Shown in pieces: positions 1 through 11,212 of a DNA stretch of 49,930 bases. Within the stretch, counting starts at the first letter, position 1. Every line of letters starts with the position of its first letter. The notes below the pieces were generated by a model. The model had not been told where the DNA came from. It saw only the letters and a list, made by a program, of their open reading frames with translations, and did not search any database. The stretch is from NCBI GenBank assembly GCA_018398765.1, contig JAHBMJ010000392.1, positions 1-49,930 on the forward strand, in the 5' to 3' direction. This DNA is from Chromera velia. Its lineage: Eukaryota. The position numbers were made by a program, and so were the translations under genes.

Positions 1-350
1 CGGGGGCTTGGGTGCATGTCTTGTGCAGGTGCATGCATGCATGGGGCGGGGGCCACGGCAACGCGCACGAAGTATGCTTTTCGGGACCACGCGAGCATGC
101 ACTTGCAACTCCGTGCAAGTTACTTGAGCTAGGGGCACGCATACATGTGCGAAGTAATTAAAGTATGTGCGATTGTGGCTCCATGCGAGTTGCTTGAGGA
201 GCATATTTTAGAATTCGGGCGACACTATGATGGACAGAGATATAGAAGTGAACCCCCCCTAAAAATGAAAAAATACGTTATGCGAGTGTATACGATCTCA
301 GGGCCTCTCAGCTGATCTCAGCAGAGCTGAACTGCCCCCCGAGGCGATAC
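1..350. repeat. Dispersed repeat family A, copy 1 (probable non-autonomous TE, possibly Helitron-like)
   Basis: ~70-348 aligns with 25180-25465 (gcgagcatgcacttgcaactccgtgc...gctgatctcagcagagctga...ccgaggcgata); 1-75 also matches 10009-10072. Confidence 0.8.
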
Positions 351-488
351 AGACGAACCAAGCTAGTATGGAAGCGTACACAAACTTTGTATTTTATCAA
401 TTCTGGCGATTCGGCTTCCCAAAAACCGTATACAACGCGCTGAGATCGAGTTTATATCGATATATCGATATTTAGCTATAGAGCTTAT

Positions 489-1418
489 GGCCCCGGAGGG
501 TGGAGGGATGCTTGAAACATGTTCGTATGGAGCTCTCCACCCAGGATGCTCGCACACAAGCCCTGGCATGCCATTATCTGACGCAAGCTTAAGCAAGCTT
601 GCAAACGGCCCCGGAAAGTGAGAAAAATGAGAACTGCACGATTGACGCACGCCGGCCAGCCATCGTGCCGATCCCCCTCCCCCCTGCAGGAAAAGCCGCG
701 GAACGCCCCCTTCCCCAGGAAAAAAACCCGGAGATATGCTCTGACTAGCTCTGACACACGCATGGCGCAAATTCAGCCTTTTCGCGATCACTTTCCGGGG
801 CCAACCATATCTGATACACGCATGCATGGTGACAGGTTGAAGTTGGGTTCACGTTTTTCTGGACCATTTGGGCGGGATAGCCCTAGAAAGCGAAGCGGGG
901 GGCACTTATAAAACAGAAATACCCCAGCCCACGCGTGCATGCACGCAACGTGTCTTTCACCAAAAACCCGGTCCTGAAAGGCTGAATTTGGGCTATGCGT
1001 ACGTCAGATGGGTTTCAGATCTCCACCTACCCCCGGGCTTTTTTCCCGAGGGGGGGGGGGTTCCGTACATGTTTTTTCCCCGCGCGGGGGGGGGTCGGCG
1101 CGAGGCTGCATGGCCAGCGTGCGTCAATCATGCAGTTCTCATTTTTCTTGCTTTCCGGGGCCGTTCGCAAGCTTGCTTACATCAGATCTTTCTGGAGCCT
1201 TTTTTTGGTAAAAGACACTGCGTGCATGGGCTGGGGTATTTTTGGTCTGTAAGTGCCCCCCGCTTCGCTTTCCGGGGCTACAACTGCATGCAGCGGCCCC
1301 TGCCTAAGTTCCACACCGACGTATGCATGGCTTCGCGGAGGGCGGAGTTGTAATTCATTCATGCCCTCCGGGGCCTTTGGAGTTGCAAGCGGAGCGAGCG
1401 GCTCTGTAACTGTATAGT
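489..1418. repeat. Dispersed repeat family B copy carrying an internal ~700-bp block of inverted modules
   Basis: 489-572 and 1279-1418 match the two ends of 42969-43270. Between them, 590-733 is the reverse complement of 1030-1178 and 878-966 is the reverse complement of 1201-1280. Confidence 0.75.
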
Positions 1419-2569
1419 TAGCTATATAGAAGAGTAAGATGCACCTCCGCGCGCAAAGCGCGCGAACGCACTTGTTTAATTTCTGCATGCATGTATGTCG
1501 AGATGTTTAGAGCTTTCCGATGAATTATCTCAACCATTTGAGCAGATGCAAACTGCATGTTCAATGCCGAGGCTTGTTTACTTTCATCTGACTGTGTTGT
1601 TGTGTATGTGCATGGAATGCAAAGGCAGTCAGTCAGACAGGCAGGCAGGCAGGCAGAAAGGCAGGATCAAGCAAGAAGTTACACTGTACCAGAGAGACGG
1701 ATTCAGAAGAGAAAGACTGAGCGTTGGGGGCCCGATAATGACACAAAAAGAAACTTTGATTGAGGTGACGGCACTGCGATAGTGTCGAATACCAGACGCG
1801 CTGCACAGGGAGAGACGGCGAGTAAAGAACCCAATACGTCCCCCCTCGTCTTTGGACATTTGTTCCACCCCACTGCAAGGTCCCTCCCCAGCCTCATCCA
1901 GACCACCCAGCGTTCCGCTTCATGGCCTACTGGTGCCATTCCGGCCAGCGTTAGGCTTTCCGTAGGTCCTCGTTTCCCTTCCTAGCGGGCCCGGGGCCTC
2001 ATCTGCCTCCCTTAGCCCCCCCTACAGAGTCTGGTCTTCCTCTGCCGGGACCTTGATCGGCGCGCGTGAGGGCGGGAAACAGAGAAGCCAAGTGAAATTG
2101 AAGAAGTACGTGAGGAGGGGGGGCAGTCATCAAGTAATTCAATCGAAGAGATCGTTGAGCACGTACAACTATGTGACTCAGAAGCCAGATTCAGCGTTGC
2201 GGTACGTTTTTTTTTGTGTCCTTCTCCCTGATTTCCTGTCAATCGGACCGTTTTTTGGTTAATTGCCTCCTGCTGTTTCGTGTCACACTGATAAGGGACC
2301 ACAGATCGCCATGTCTTCTCTTGTCGTGAGCAAAAAATCCCTCAACAAACTTCTTGTGAAATCCGGTTTCTTTTTTCATTCGTATGTGCACATAAGTTTT
2401 CTTGCATACCATTTCTTGATCTTCCTCCAATTGTTTTGTTTGGTTAGTTCTGGTAAACGTCCATTTCTTGGAGGCAATCCGGATCCTTTTGGTGATACAA
2501 AAAGAAGACATTTTTTTAATTTGATGCCGTGATGATTTAGAGAGGCGCATATCAACAGAATTCATTCAT

Positions 2570-2860
2570 TTGTTTTCTTCTTTCCCCTTCTCTTCAGAAT
2601 CTTCTCTTTCACTTTTTCCTCCTCCTTCCTGCTCCTCCTTGAAGTTCTTCTTCTTCTTCTTTTTCTTCTTTTTCTTTTCTTCTTCTTCTTCTTCTTCTTC
2701 TTCTTCTTCTTCTTCTTTTTCTTCTTCTTCTTCTTCTTCTTCTTCTTCTTTTTCTTCTTCTTCTTCTTCTTCTTCTTCTTCTTCTTCGTCTTTTTCACAG
2801 TCTTCTTGCCTGGCTCTTGTTCTTCTTCTTCTTCTTCTTCTTCTTCTTCTTCTTTTTCTC
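2570..2860. repeat. (TTC)n microsatellite / pyrimidine tract
   Basis: Direct inspection; source of the spurious poly-K/S/F ORFs. Confidence 0.95.
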
Positions 2861-4054
2861 CTTTAATGTCTCCGTTCCTTCGTCTAAAACGTATGTGATA
2901 GACATTTTTGAAGAAAGGTATGTGAGAGGGACGAGGTTCCGAATGTTGGTCAGGAATTGGGGAAGCAAAAAGCCTTTCCATTTTTTTGTAGCACGGTTTT
3001 GCCAAGTGAGTAGATTGTAGAGAGGCTGTGTCTCACATTCTTGTGTCCCTTACCGCTTGTTTGCATGATCGAACCACTGGAACAAAAACTGTCGAGGTCG
3101 GCGCCTAATGCCAAAAGAGGTGCTGAAGCCGTGGAGGAGCCTGTGGGGTGACGTTCAATCAATCATGCTCTGTACGTTGTCCTGCTCTTCATTTTGGTTC
3201 GAATTCTGACGGAAGACTATCTGTGCTCCTGCAGGCTGCCTGTCCTTAATTTTGTTCTGCTGTCGCATATCGTTGTCAAGGTCCTGGAACATTTTTCTGC
3301 ATTCCCATGTATGCTGTCACCAATGAGTATTTTTATGTATTCCCGTATATGCCGTGCCTGCATGGCTGCTGCTTTTTGTACTATCATTTTGGTGTCGACT
3401 GTTGTCGCTGTGAGTGTGAATCAAAACTGAAACATGGTTATGACAACCATGGCAGCAGCTAGTATTAAATTTATGATGTACATGTCTGAAAAAGCTGAGT
3501 AGATCGTCATTTTTGGCTGCTTATGACTGATCATGATCATTCGTGCAGGGCTTTGCCGCCTGGGCAGATGAGACCCCACGCACGTGCTGTCCCTTAACCC
3601 TTGTCAGCCGTCAAGCCCCCCTCCATGCCCCCCTTCAACCGCCGGGCCCCCTGGTCCCTTAATAGATCGATCGTAAAATATGAAGACCTAGATGAAGACA
3701 CCCCTTCTTCCCGCCCATCCCCTCCCTACTCCAGCCATTCTGGGTTGTTCCACAGGCATGAAGACCGACAGGGAGGAGAGTTCCAAAGTGTAGAAAGAAA
3801 GCCACTCGATCTTGTGGCCAAGCTATGTCTGAGGGCCTCTGCACAACGCTGCTAGTCGTTCAGTCAGAAAGCAAAGAGACAGACAATGATCAGGCCTAGG
3901 ATCGGGCCTTCAATGCCACGAGAGAAGAAAACCAAATCTGCGACAATTCGTGCTTCATAACATTGCAGCTCAAAGGGAAGGCCACTCTACCAACTTCAAG
4001 ATCACGACATAAAACAAAACAACGCCCCCCGTCGTGGTCAGTGGAATCCATTAA

Positions 4055-4345
4055 GAGAGAGAAGAACGACAAAGAAAGAGAGGGAAAGAAAAGGAAGGAA
4101 AGAAGGAAGGAAGGAAGGAAGGAAGGAAAGAAAGAAAGAAAGAAAGAAAGAACGAACGAAAGAAAGAACGAAAGAACGAAAGACCGAAAGAACGAAAGAA
4201 TGAACAAAAGAACAAAAGAACGAAAGAAGGAAAGAAGCAAGGAAGACAAAGGAAGAGAAAAAAAAAGAAAGAAACCAAGGATAGAGAAACAAAGAAAGAA
4301 AGAAGGAAAGCTGGACCGACCGACCGACCAAACAAAAAAAGAAAT
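4055..4345. repeat. GA-rich compound microsatellite ((GGAA)n/(GAAA)n/(GAAC)n)
   Basis: Direct inspection. Confidence 0.9.
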
Positions 4346-5361
4346 AAACGGGGAGGTTGGAAGACCGGCGTCATATGTCCTGGCTATGGACCTGTTGATG
4401 ATTATCTGAATGTTTTAACGCCTCTGGGTGTTTTTGCTGGTGCATGCTCTCAGGATTTTGAGAAGAGGACCGACGGTGCTTTCGTCTGGACAGTAAAGCA
4501 AAGAAAAGAAAGAGCCTTCAGCAGCCGTTTGGTCCTACAAAAGTAATAGGGGTGGAAGCGGAGGGAGAAAAAGGCTTAGAAAACGTATAAACACCGTGAC
4601 ATATGAAACAACAAACTTCCCCGGTTGAAGAGCAGATTCTTCCACCTTCACACGAATTTAATCTGATCAAATGGAGGTCTCCGTCTAATTGCATGCCAAC
4701 ACATAGCCTGAGGCAACAGCAGCCTCGGATTGCTAACGAGATTGATTTCTATATTGTCTGATAGAGTATATCTAAGCCGGCCCTAGGCTCCTAGTCTAGG
4801 CCCAGTATACTGTAAAGGTCAATTAATTTAAAAAATGTTAATTACAACCTTTTTTTAACGAATCTTTTGTTTAAATATTACATAAGTGTTGTTTGTTTAT
4901 TACATACTGGTAAACTGTATCTTATTATTTGATTTTTCTATACAAAACGAGTCAGTTTAAACGACTTTTATCTAGTATTGTCTAGACTGTCAGTGTTGTT
5001 TTCTGGATATTAAGCTTCAAGTTGCTATACTTGAGATGTCAGTGGCTGAGTTTGAAGCCTAGTTTGAAGTAGGACGTCTAGAGTAATTTAGTAAAATTAG
5101 TTGAATTAAACGTAATTAAACGCTAGTTGTGAGAAATCAAACAGTTCGATTCAAGCTGCCTTGTGCATTATGCGACGGTACATCAATTATCACCCTAGTT
5201 GTCGGCATTGATTCGCCAAACGCTAGAAGCCTGCAAATAGCTGGAGAAATAGGGTAATGACAATGCTAGTAACGAATGCTGGTAACAATTAAAAACAATC
5301 ATTTGAACATCTAGATATATGTGAATGCTAGTGAATGCAACAAAGTTAATCACCGCGGAGC

Positions 5362-7728
5362 CTATGGCGGGGTACCAGTTGGCTTTTCCTTTTGGATCCC
5401 AGCTTGGCCTCTTAGTCTAGCCAAACGTTCTGCAAGAGATAGAGGTTTTTTCCCACGTTCCTGTTTGTAGGTCTGCTGAACCTCCATTTCTTTTTGCCTC
5501 GGCCCTGGCAGGTCAGCCTCCTGTGTCGGTCTTCCCCCTTTCTCTTCCCCCCTGTCCTTTCGGCTCGGACTGACGGCCTCCGACGAGGAGGCAGCCGCTG
5601 ACGCAGAAAAGGACGAGGAAGAAGAGCCCCCCCCAGGCTTCTTGACAAGCGACGGACGGCTCTTGAGACTTTCACGCCCAGCTGCAGAGGGCCCCTTCGA
5701 GATTCCCTGCTCTCCAGCTAGCGAGGCCGAGTAAAGGTCTCCCGGCCTGCTCAATGGACCCGCTTCAGGGCCTCCTGGCTCATGCGCGTTTTCGTCCTCT
5801 GATTCGCTGGAGTCAAAGAGGGCTGCCAGGTCGTCTGTGGCAGGATCGAACGGCCTCTTGCTTCTGCTTCTTCCAGAGACACGGGACTGAGACGAACAGG
5901 GGGGATGGGCGGAAGAGACGGGGGGAGGGAGGAGACGAGCTCCAGATCTAGAGGCTTCAGCTTTGTCCGTTTGGCTTTGCCTTTCCCCTGCAGCAGAGTG
6001 GAGCGTTCCGATGGCAGAGGGGCGTTGAGACTGACGTGACAGCCCGTTGGGGGGAACCTGAAGGGCCCCCAGGTTTGAGATGCCGGGGACTGCACCAGAG
6101 GCACTGCTTCGGCTGTTTGGTGAACGGGGAGCAAGGGGAGGGAGGGGGGTCCTTGGTTTGTCTCCCCTCACCGGCTTTGTTGTCTTCCCCCCTCCTCCTT
6201 CTGCTTCTTCGTCACTGTCGTCCTCTATGTCGACAATCTCTGGCTGTCGTCCACGTACCGTTCTCACCAAAGGCTCGTCTGATGTCTCTCTGCCACCCTC
6301 TTGTCGCTTTCCCTTCCCTCCCCCCTCTCTCCTGTCTACCTGTCGGGATGCATTTCTACCCCCTCCCTCCTCACTCATCGCACCAACCCCTCTTTTCCGA
6401 CACGCACCGGAGAGAGGGGGGCCGGCAACGGTGGGGGGGTCAGTGGACAAAGAAGGGTCCTGCTGGGAACCTGTGGGGCGCCCTGATCGACGGGCGAGGC
6501 GCGGTACTGCTACCTGGGTCTGAGAGGAGGGACGGAGGATGACCTCTTCCCCCTTGCAGGTCTCCTCTTCCTCCTGCTCAGAATTTTGAATTTCATCAGA
6601 GAGACGCCGTCTCCTTGCACCGAGGGGGGAGGGTGCATCGTCGTCTTCTGAGCTTAACAAAAAAACGTCTTTTCTTCTTCCCTTCTGACTCTGCTGTTGA
6701 CTTTGTTTGGTTTCCTTTTGTCCTTTCACTTTCTTCCCCTCCCTGGACTTCTTGGTGTCACCTGGTCGTTTCAAACCCCTTTTGACACCCCCCTGACCTT
6801 CCGCCTGTTCCATCTCTGTATCGTCCTCGCAGGCGGAGATAGACACACACTTCTCACCCTTTTCAGCCTGTCCATCATTCTTTTTCTTACCATCAGACAC
6901 AGAGGGACCCGCTCCGGCGCCCCACTGTGGAAGCTTTCGGCGTTTCGGGGGCTGCAGTCGCGCTCTGCCTGCAGTGGACGCGGGGGGCAGAGGTTGTTGA
7001 ACAGGGGGGTCGGATTGTTGCGCATCGGGGGGGGGTATGATGGGGTCAGACGGATTGGCACCTGTTGACTTGAGACGGGGATCCGCAGAGTGCTCTTCAG
7101 TTGGCTCTGCAGGGCCTTCCTTCTTTGGTTTCGTGGACATTCGATCGCGGCTGCGTGCGTCACTGGGGTGGAGGGAAACTTTCGGATTCTCTGTCTTGGA
7201 CTTTGGGTGGTCTGAGGGCGGGATCACAATGATCTGCACAGAGTCTGTATCGGACTCCGGTTCAGATTCAGGGGCAGGTCTTTCGTCTTTCTCAACTGGC
7301 TCTCTGTCATCGTGCAGACCAGCTTCTGACTCTGCCTTCAGTAGCTGCTGACCCTGCACCCTTTCGCCTTTCTCGTCTTTGCCTAGGCCGCCTTCAAACC
7401 CCCCCAGTTGGGCTTTTCCGAACAACAACGGAGAGTCACCCGCTGGTTCATGGGAGGGATTGACTTCCTCCCCAGATGGGCGAGGATGCCTTTCTCGCTT
7501 CAGCTTTTTGGAATCTGGAGATGCCAGAGCCTTGAGAAGGCCCAAAACGTGATGGCACCCGGAGGAAGCCATTGTGAGAATTCGGCAGGGAGACCCCTCT
7601 CCCTCTGCGTCGTCTTCGGGCGTTTCCTCCCTTTTGATCTTCTTAGTTTGGGGCAGACGCCGACACATCATCTCCTCAAGCAGCCACCGGGAGGGCACTA
7701 CAGGAAGGCACTGGACTTGCGTGACATA
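5362..7728 (-). CDS. Large terminal exon of a hypothetical, mostly disordered protein (S/P/E/G/K/R-rich)
   Basis: ~2.37-kb open frame. Preceded on the minus strand by the acceptor ttgcag (AG at 7730-7729) and, further upstream, a long pyrimidine-rich stretch; TAG stop at 5364-5362. Confidence 0.8.
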   Translation of the reverse strand, partial: YVTQVQCLPVVPSRWLLEEMMCRRLPQTKKIKREETPEDDAEGEGSPCRILTMASSGCHHVLGLLKALASPDSKKLKRERHPRPSGEEVNPSHEPAGDSPLLFGKAQLGGFEGGLGKDEKGERVQGQQLLKAESEAGLHDDREPVEKDERPAPESEPESDTDSVQIIVIPPSDHPKSKTENPKVSLHPSDARSRDRMSTKPKKEGPAEPTEEHSADPRLKSTGANPSDPIIPPPDAQQSDPPVQQPLPPASTAGRARLQPPKRRKLPQWGAGAGPSVSDGKKKNDGQAEKGEKCVSISACEDDTEMEQAEGQGGVKRGLKRPGDTKKSREGKKVKGQKETKQSQQQSQKGRRKDVFLLSSEDDDAPSPLGARRRRLSDEIQNSEQEEEETCKGEEVILRPSSQTQVAVPRLARRSGRPTGSQQDPSLSTDPPTVAGPPLSGACRKRGVGAMSEEGGGRNASRQVDRREGGGKGKRQEGGRETSDEPLVRTVRGRQPEIVDIEDDSDEEAEGGGGKTTKPVRGDKPRTPLPPLAPRSPNSRSSASGAVPGISNLGALQVPPNGLSRQSQRPSAIGTLHSAAGERQSQTDKAEASRSGARLLPPPVSSAHPPCSSQSRVSGRSRSKRPFDPATDDLAALFDSSESEDENAHEPGGPEAGPLSRPGDLYSASLAGEQGISKGPSAAGRESLKSRPSLVKKPGGGSSSSSFSASAAASSSEAVSPSRKDRGEEKGGRPTQEADLPGPRQKEMEVQQTYKQERGKKPLSLAERLARLRGQAGIQKEKPTGTPP

Positions 7729-8256
7729 CTGCAACAGGTATCAAATAGGGCAACAGTGTGAATGTGCGAGGAGATACGGGCGCATCAGATGGAGACACGG
7801 CGTCTGACTAGAATCGAGAAAGAAAGAGAAGAGAGCAGGGAAAAGGAAGGAAAGGAAAGGGAAGGAAAGGGAAGCAAAGAGAAGTTGAGAGAAGACAGGA
7901 AACCGAAACAAAACTAAGAGAACAAAATGCAAGAGGAGAGAAGAGAAGACAAGAAAAGCGGACAGCTCAAAAGACAAGAGATGAGAGCAAGAAGGCCAGA
8001 GCAGAGCACAGAGGAGAGAGAAGAGGCCTTACATGGATCACGTGAGATAGACAAACAGGGTTCTAGACAATCAAGCAGAGAGAGGAGAAAGCTAAGTGAG
8101 GACATAATCTTCGTGCCACAAAAGGGCAGAAGATGATCTTCGAACGCGAGGGAAAGGTGACCCTCTTCGACCCGTCCGATGCGCATTCCCGACGGTCTTA
8201 ATTTTGCAGTACGACTCTTCTTTCATTTACTTGAGCCAAGGAAGCCAGCCAGAGAA

Positions 8257-8296
<40 letters not shown>

Positions 8297-8311
8297 AGAA
8301 ATTCAACTGAC

Positions 8312-8611
8312 GGTTGCATCGTTCGAATACGAGCGGACACTCCCCTCCACTCGGAAGCTTCCTGTCTCTGGATCATCCTTCGACCGCACCAAGCGTTTCA
8401 ACTTCCTGTAGACGGAGTCAGCCCCCGAAACAAATTGGGTACTGCAAGCAAGGATCAGGTCACACATGTGAATTCAACCAGCACACACATGTGATTGAAG
8501 GACATCGATTTCGGATGCAGCAGGACCTCCCTTCCTCTGACACACTGACTTATCAGTTGTGCCGTCTCCGTGTAGGCTCCCGTCGAGTGGGCAGAACCAA
8601 TTGGTCGACAT
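8312..8611 (-). CDS. Probable upstream exons of the 5362-7728 gene (possible BRCT-like N-terminus)
   Basis: Candidate exon 8441-8312 bounded by cag| and |gtcagt reads TQFVSGADSVYRKLKRLVRSKDDPETGSFRVEGSVRSYSNDAT. Candidate ATG at 8611 (MSTNWFCPLDG...). Exact splicing unresolved. Confidence 0.4.
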
Positions 8612-9092
8612 GGACCTCTCAGACTGCACTACCACCGTGATCGACGAGGACGCACTCTCTACAGTATATACGACGCATGCACCTCGTGTATGGCTTTCAA
8701 ATTCATCCCAACTTCACGACCATCATGTACAACAGGCATTTTGATTAGATCACAATGCATCAATACCACATTGTAAAACCGAAGGATCGTCCGGACCACA
8801 CGGTCCGATAGGATGGAGCTGATCATTCTTGGAATGGAGACGGAGTTTGAACTCTGGCAGTGGGCCGGGAACGGCCGCATGTTTGGGCCCGCTGCTGCGG
8901 CCGGGCCGCGGGCATGCGGCCGGTTGCAATGCATGCCGGGGCCCAGGGCCTCGGTTCTTGTCTAGATCTGCACACCCCCGCGACCCGATCCGACTTAATC
9001 CCCTGGCTCAAGGGGTAACGCGCAAAGTTGCCCGACTTCGACACCCATCCGTCATGCAATGCAACAGCTCCGTGCGTCTCCCCCGCGAAACT

Positions 9093-9635
9093 GCATGAAT
9101 CAAAGTACCAGGAAGGAAAATAGGCTATGCAATGATAGCCTGAAGAGGGGTCAGGTCTAGGTCCTGGTAGGGAGCAGATGTCAACTTCAAAATCCTCTGT
9201 GTCAGTATTCGGGGAAGTGCTGTTGGATTCAGACGCGTGGGTTTCATCAAAGACATTTGTCTCTACGAATCCTGACTTTATCTCCTTTTTGGATTGGAGC
9301 AGTCTACCCAACCAACGACCGACACTTCTCTAAACAGATCCAGCGATGTGACTTACGACAGGGATGGGGATTGCATTTCCTTGGTTAACCTTCAGAGTCC
9401 TCTCAGTTCCTCCAGGGCACCTGTCGTGATTGCGGGGCTCATTGCAGTGACCGTAAAAGACAGAACCACCCCCTTTTTGTTGAGCACAAGCCACACGACA
9501 GCCCTCACCCCCGAACTCGGGACACTCACAAGACTAACAGCTGTGCTCCCAAGTGCTGCACATCCATGAGCCGTTAACGATAAAAAGAGCCCCAATAAAA
9601 AGGCAAAGCATAATTATACTGCAGAGCTTCATCAT
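9093..9635 (-). pseudogene. Decayed secreted cysteine-rich protein with a truncated Kunitz/BPTI-like domain
   Basis: One frame: signal-peptide-like MMKLCSIIMLCLFIGALFIVNG, then SWMCSTWEHSC*SCECPEFGGEGCRVAC...GHCNEPRNHDRCPGG, a second TAG, and finally DICSLPGPRPDPSSGYHCIAYFPSWYFDS (Kunitz N-half pattern). Confidence 0.55.
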
Positions 9636-10153
9636 GCATTGTATAAGAAGGAAGATATCTGTGGCAACGAAGATTCTCAGGACTGAGCCGGACTTCGAGA
9701 ATTGTTGTTCAATCCACTGAGGGCGCGAATGCGAAGCTGTGATACAAATAATTACGGGTAGACTGGTATTAATAACAGCTAGCAATGTAGTCCACATATA
9801 TACGTGTTTGCCAGTACCACCTCGAATATCTGCAAATCTTGTGGAAATGACCGCGGAGCTCGATCAATTTGCAAAACTCAAAAAAAAATTAAGACGTGCT
9901 CGGTGCGCGCTGCGGGTGAGTTATATTATAACGAGATACACCCAACCAGTTGGGTGAGTGCCTGGGGAGGCCCTTTAGAGGGTCCGCAAATTTGATTGAT
10001 ATACATCATCAGGGGCTTGGGCATGTCTTGTGTATGCATGGGGCGGGGGCCACGGCAACGCGCACGAAGTATCTCCTTCTTTAGTGTCTCTCTGGTCCTG
10101 TGTTGGGCCAGTATGTATTTTGCCTGGCATAGATCTTGTTCATCTGTTACGCG

Positions 10154-10263
10154 GAGTAAGTTGGTATGGAAGTAATGAATGGATGCGTTGTAGTGTGTTA
10201 ACGATGTCGCATGCAGTGAGAGCCAGCGGCTTACCCACGTTATGCCGCTGGCCGCGAGTGGCC
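10154..10263 (+). repeat. Repeat family C, left part (interrupted by the LTR element)
   Basis: Matches 24594-24703; continues at 22590. Confidence 0.85.
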
Positions 10264-10731
10264 TGTGGAGTCCTACTCTATGGCGCCGCCCTCTGGACCC
10301 TCGCATACGCTGTATCTGAATGAGCCCACGTGCCAATGTCATGCCCCGCCGCCACACATATACGTAGTCTGCCTGTACGTGTCGCACTCGAAGCTTTGCG
10401 CATGCATGCAAGTCTACGTTTGGCCTCTTTAGCAACATATGGTCTGAGCAACATCCTACAGCAGGTTTGAGTTGAAGTCAGCCGAAGTCATTGAATCTTT
10501 AGTCGAACCTATAGAGTCGGATTCACGTGGAGTCGAAAGAAGTCTGAAGACAAAGCTTAATAGAACCTCTTAGAGTCAAAGTAGGATTGAGACTTTGTTT
10601 ACCTAAACTTGTAAAATGTTGCTTCAGTTAGCGTTGCATACATTCCTTCTCTAGATCTTCCCCAGGGTTTTTGTCCTCACTTTACCTTCTGTCTGAACAC
10701 CATAAGGTGGCTGGACAGGAGGGACAAAGCA
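10264..10731 (+). repeat. 5' LTR
   Basis: TGTGGAGTCC...GGACAAAGCA; ~92% identical to 22118-22585 (about 37 mismatches by manual count). Confidence 0.9.
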
Positions 10732-10733
10732 TT

Positions 10734-11100
10734 ATGGTGAACGCTCAGCTCGATGAGTGTCGACCTTCATATACCTTCTGTGATGGAGATCAGATCTGTC
10801 TCTTTGTGCAACAATTGGAAACCGATTGCAACGATATGGGCACGGTCAGGCAAAGACCGTGAGTAGGGGAATTCAGTATCCCCTTGTGTCCCAAGCTGCC
10901 TGGAGCCCTATTTCAGAGATCCCCTTCGAGTTTGATCCTGGACTTTGCTTTTGTCCTTAGGTAAAGAGCCTGAAGATCGTTGGAAGTCGTCAAAGCCGAT
11001 GGTGGAGACGTTGCTTGGTGTTGCTCGGAACTTTAAAGAGCCTGCTTTCATTAAGAATGCCGCTTACCAGCAGATTGCAATCCAAATGGCCAGTAGAATG
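10734..11100 (+). pseudogene. Possible gag remnant of the LTR element
   Basis: Begins just after the 5' LTR: MVNAQLDECRPSYTFCDGDQICLFVQQLETDCNDMG (retrotransposon gag-like F.G.d...F...E pattern), broken by stops/frameshifts. Pattern match only. Confidence 0.4.
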
Positions 11101-11212
11101 TTTTTCCTATGCCTTTTGATTCTGCAACTGTCTTCGTCTTCCGGACGAGTGTCAGCTGATCACCTTCACTTGTCTTTGCTGTTGGTTGCTTGCTTGTCTG
11201 CGCGAGGCTGAC

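Noticed and set aside
1690..3860. Exon-like plus-strand segments (e.g. EKPSEIEEVREEGG..., 3601-3855)
   Set aside because: Interrupted by stops, with no recognisable domain and no consistent splice model; may be a decayed gene.
2562..4409. Poly-K/S/F and KER-rich ORFs
   Set aside because: Translations of microsatellites.
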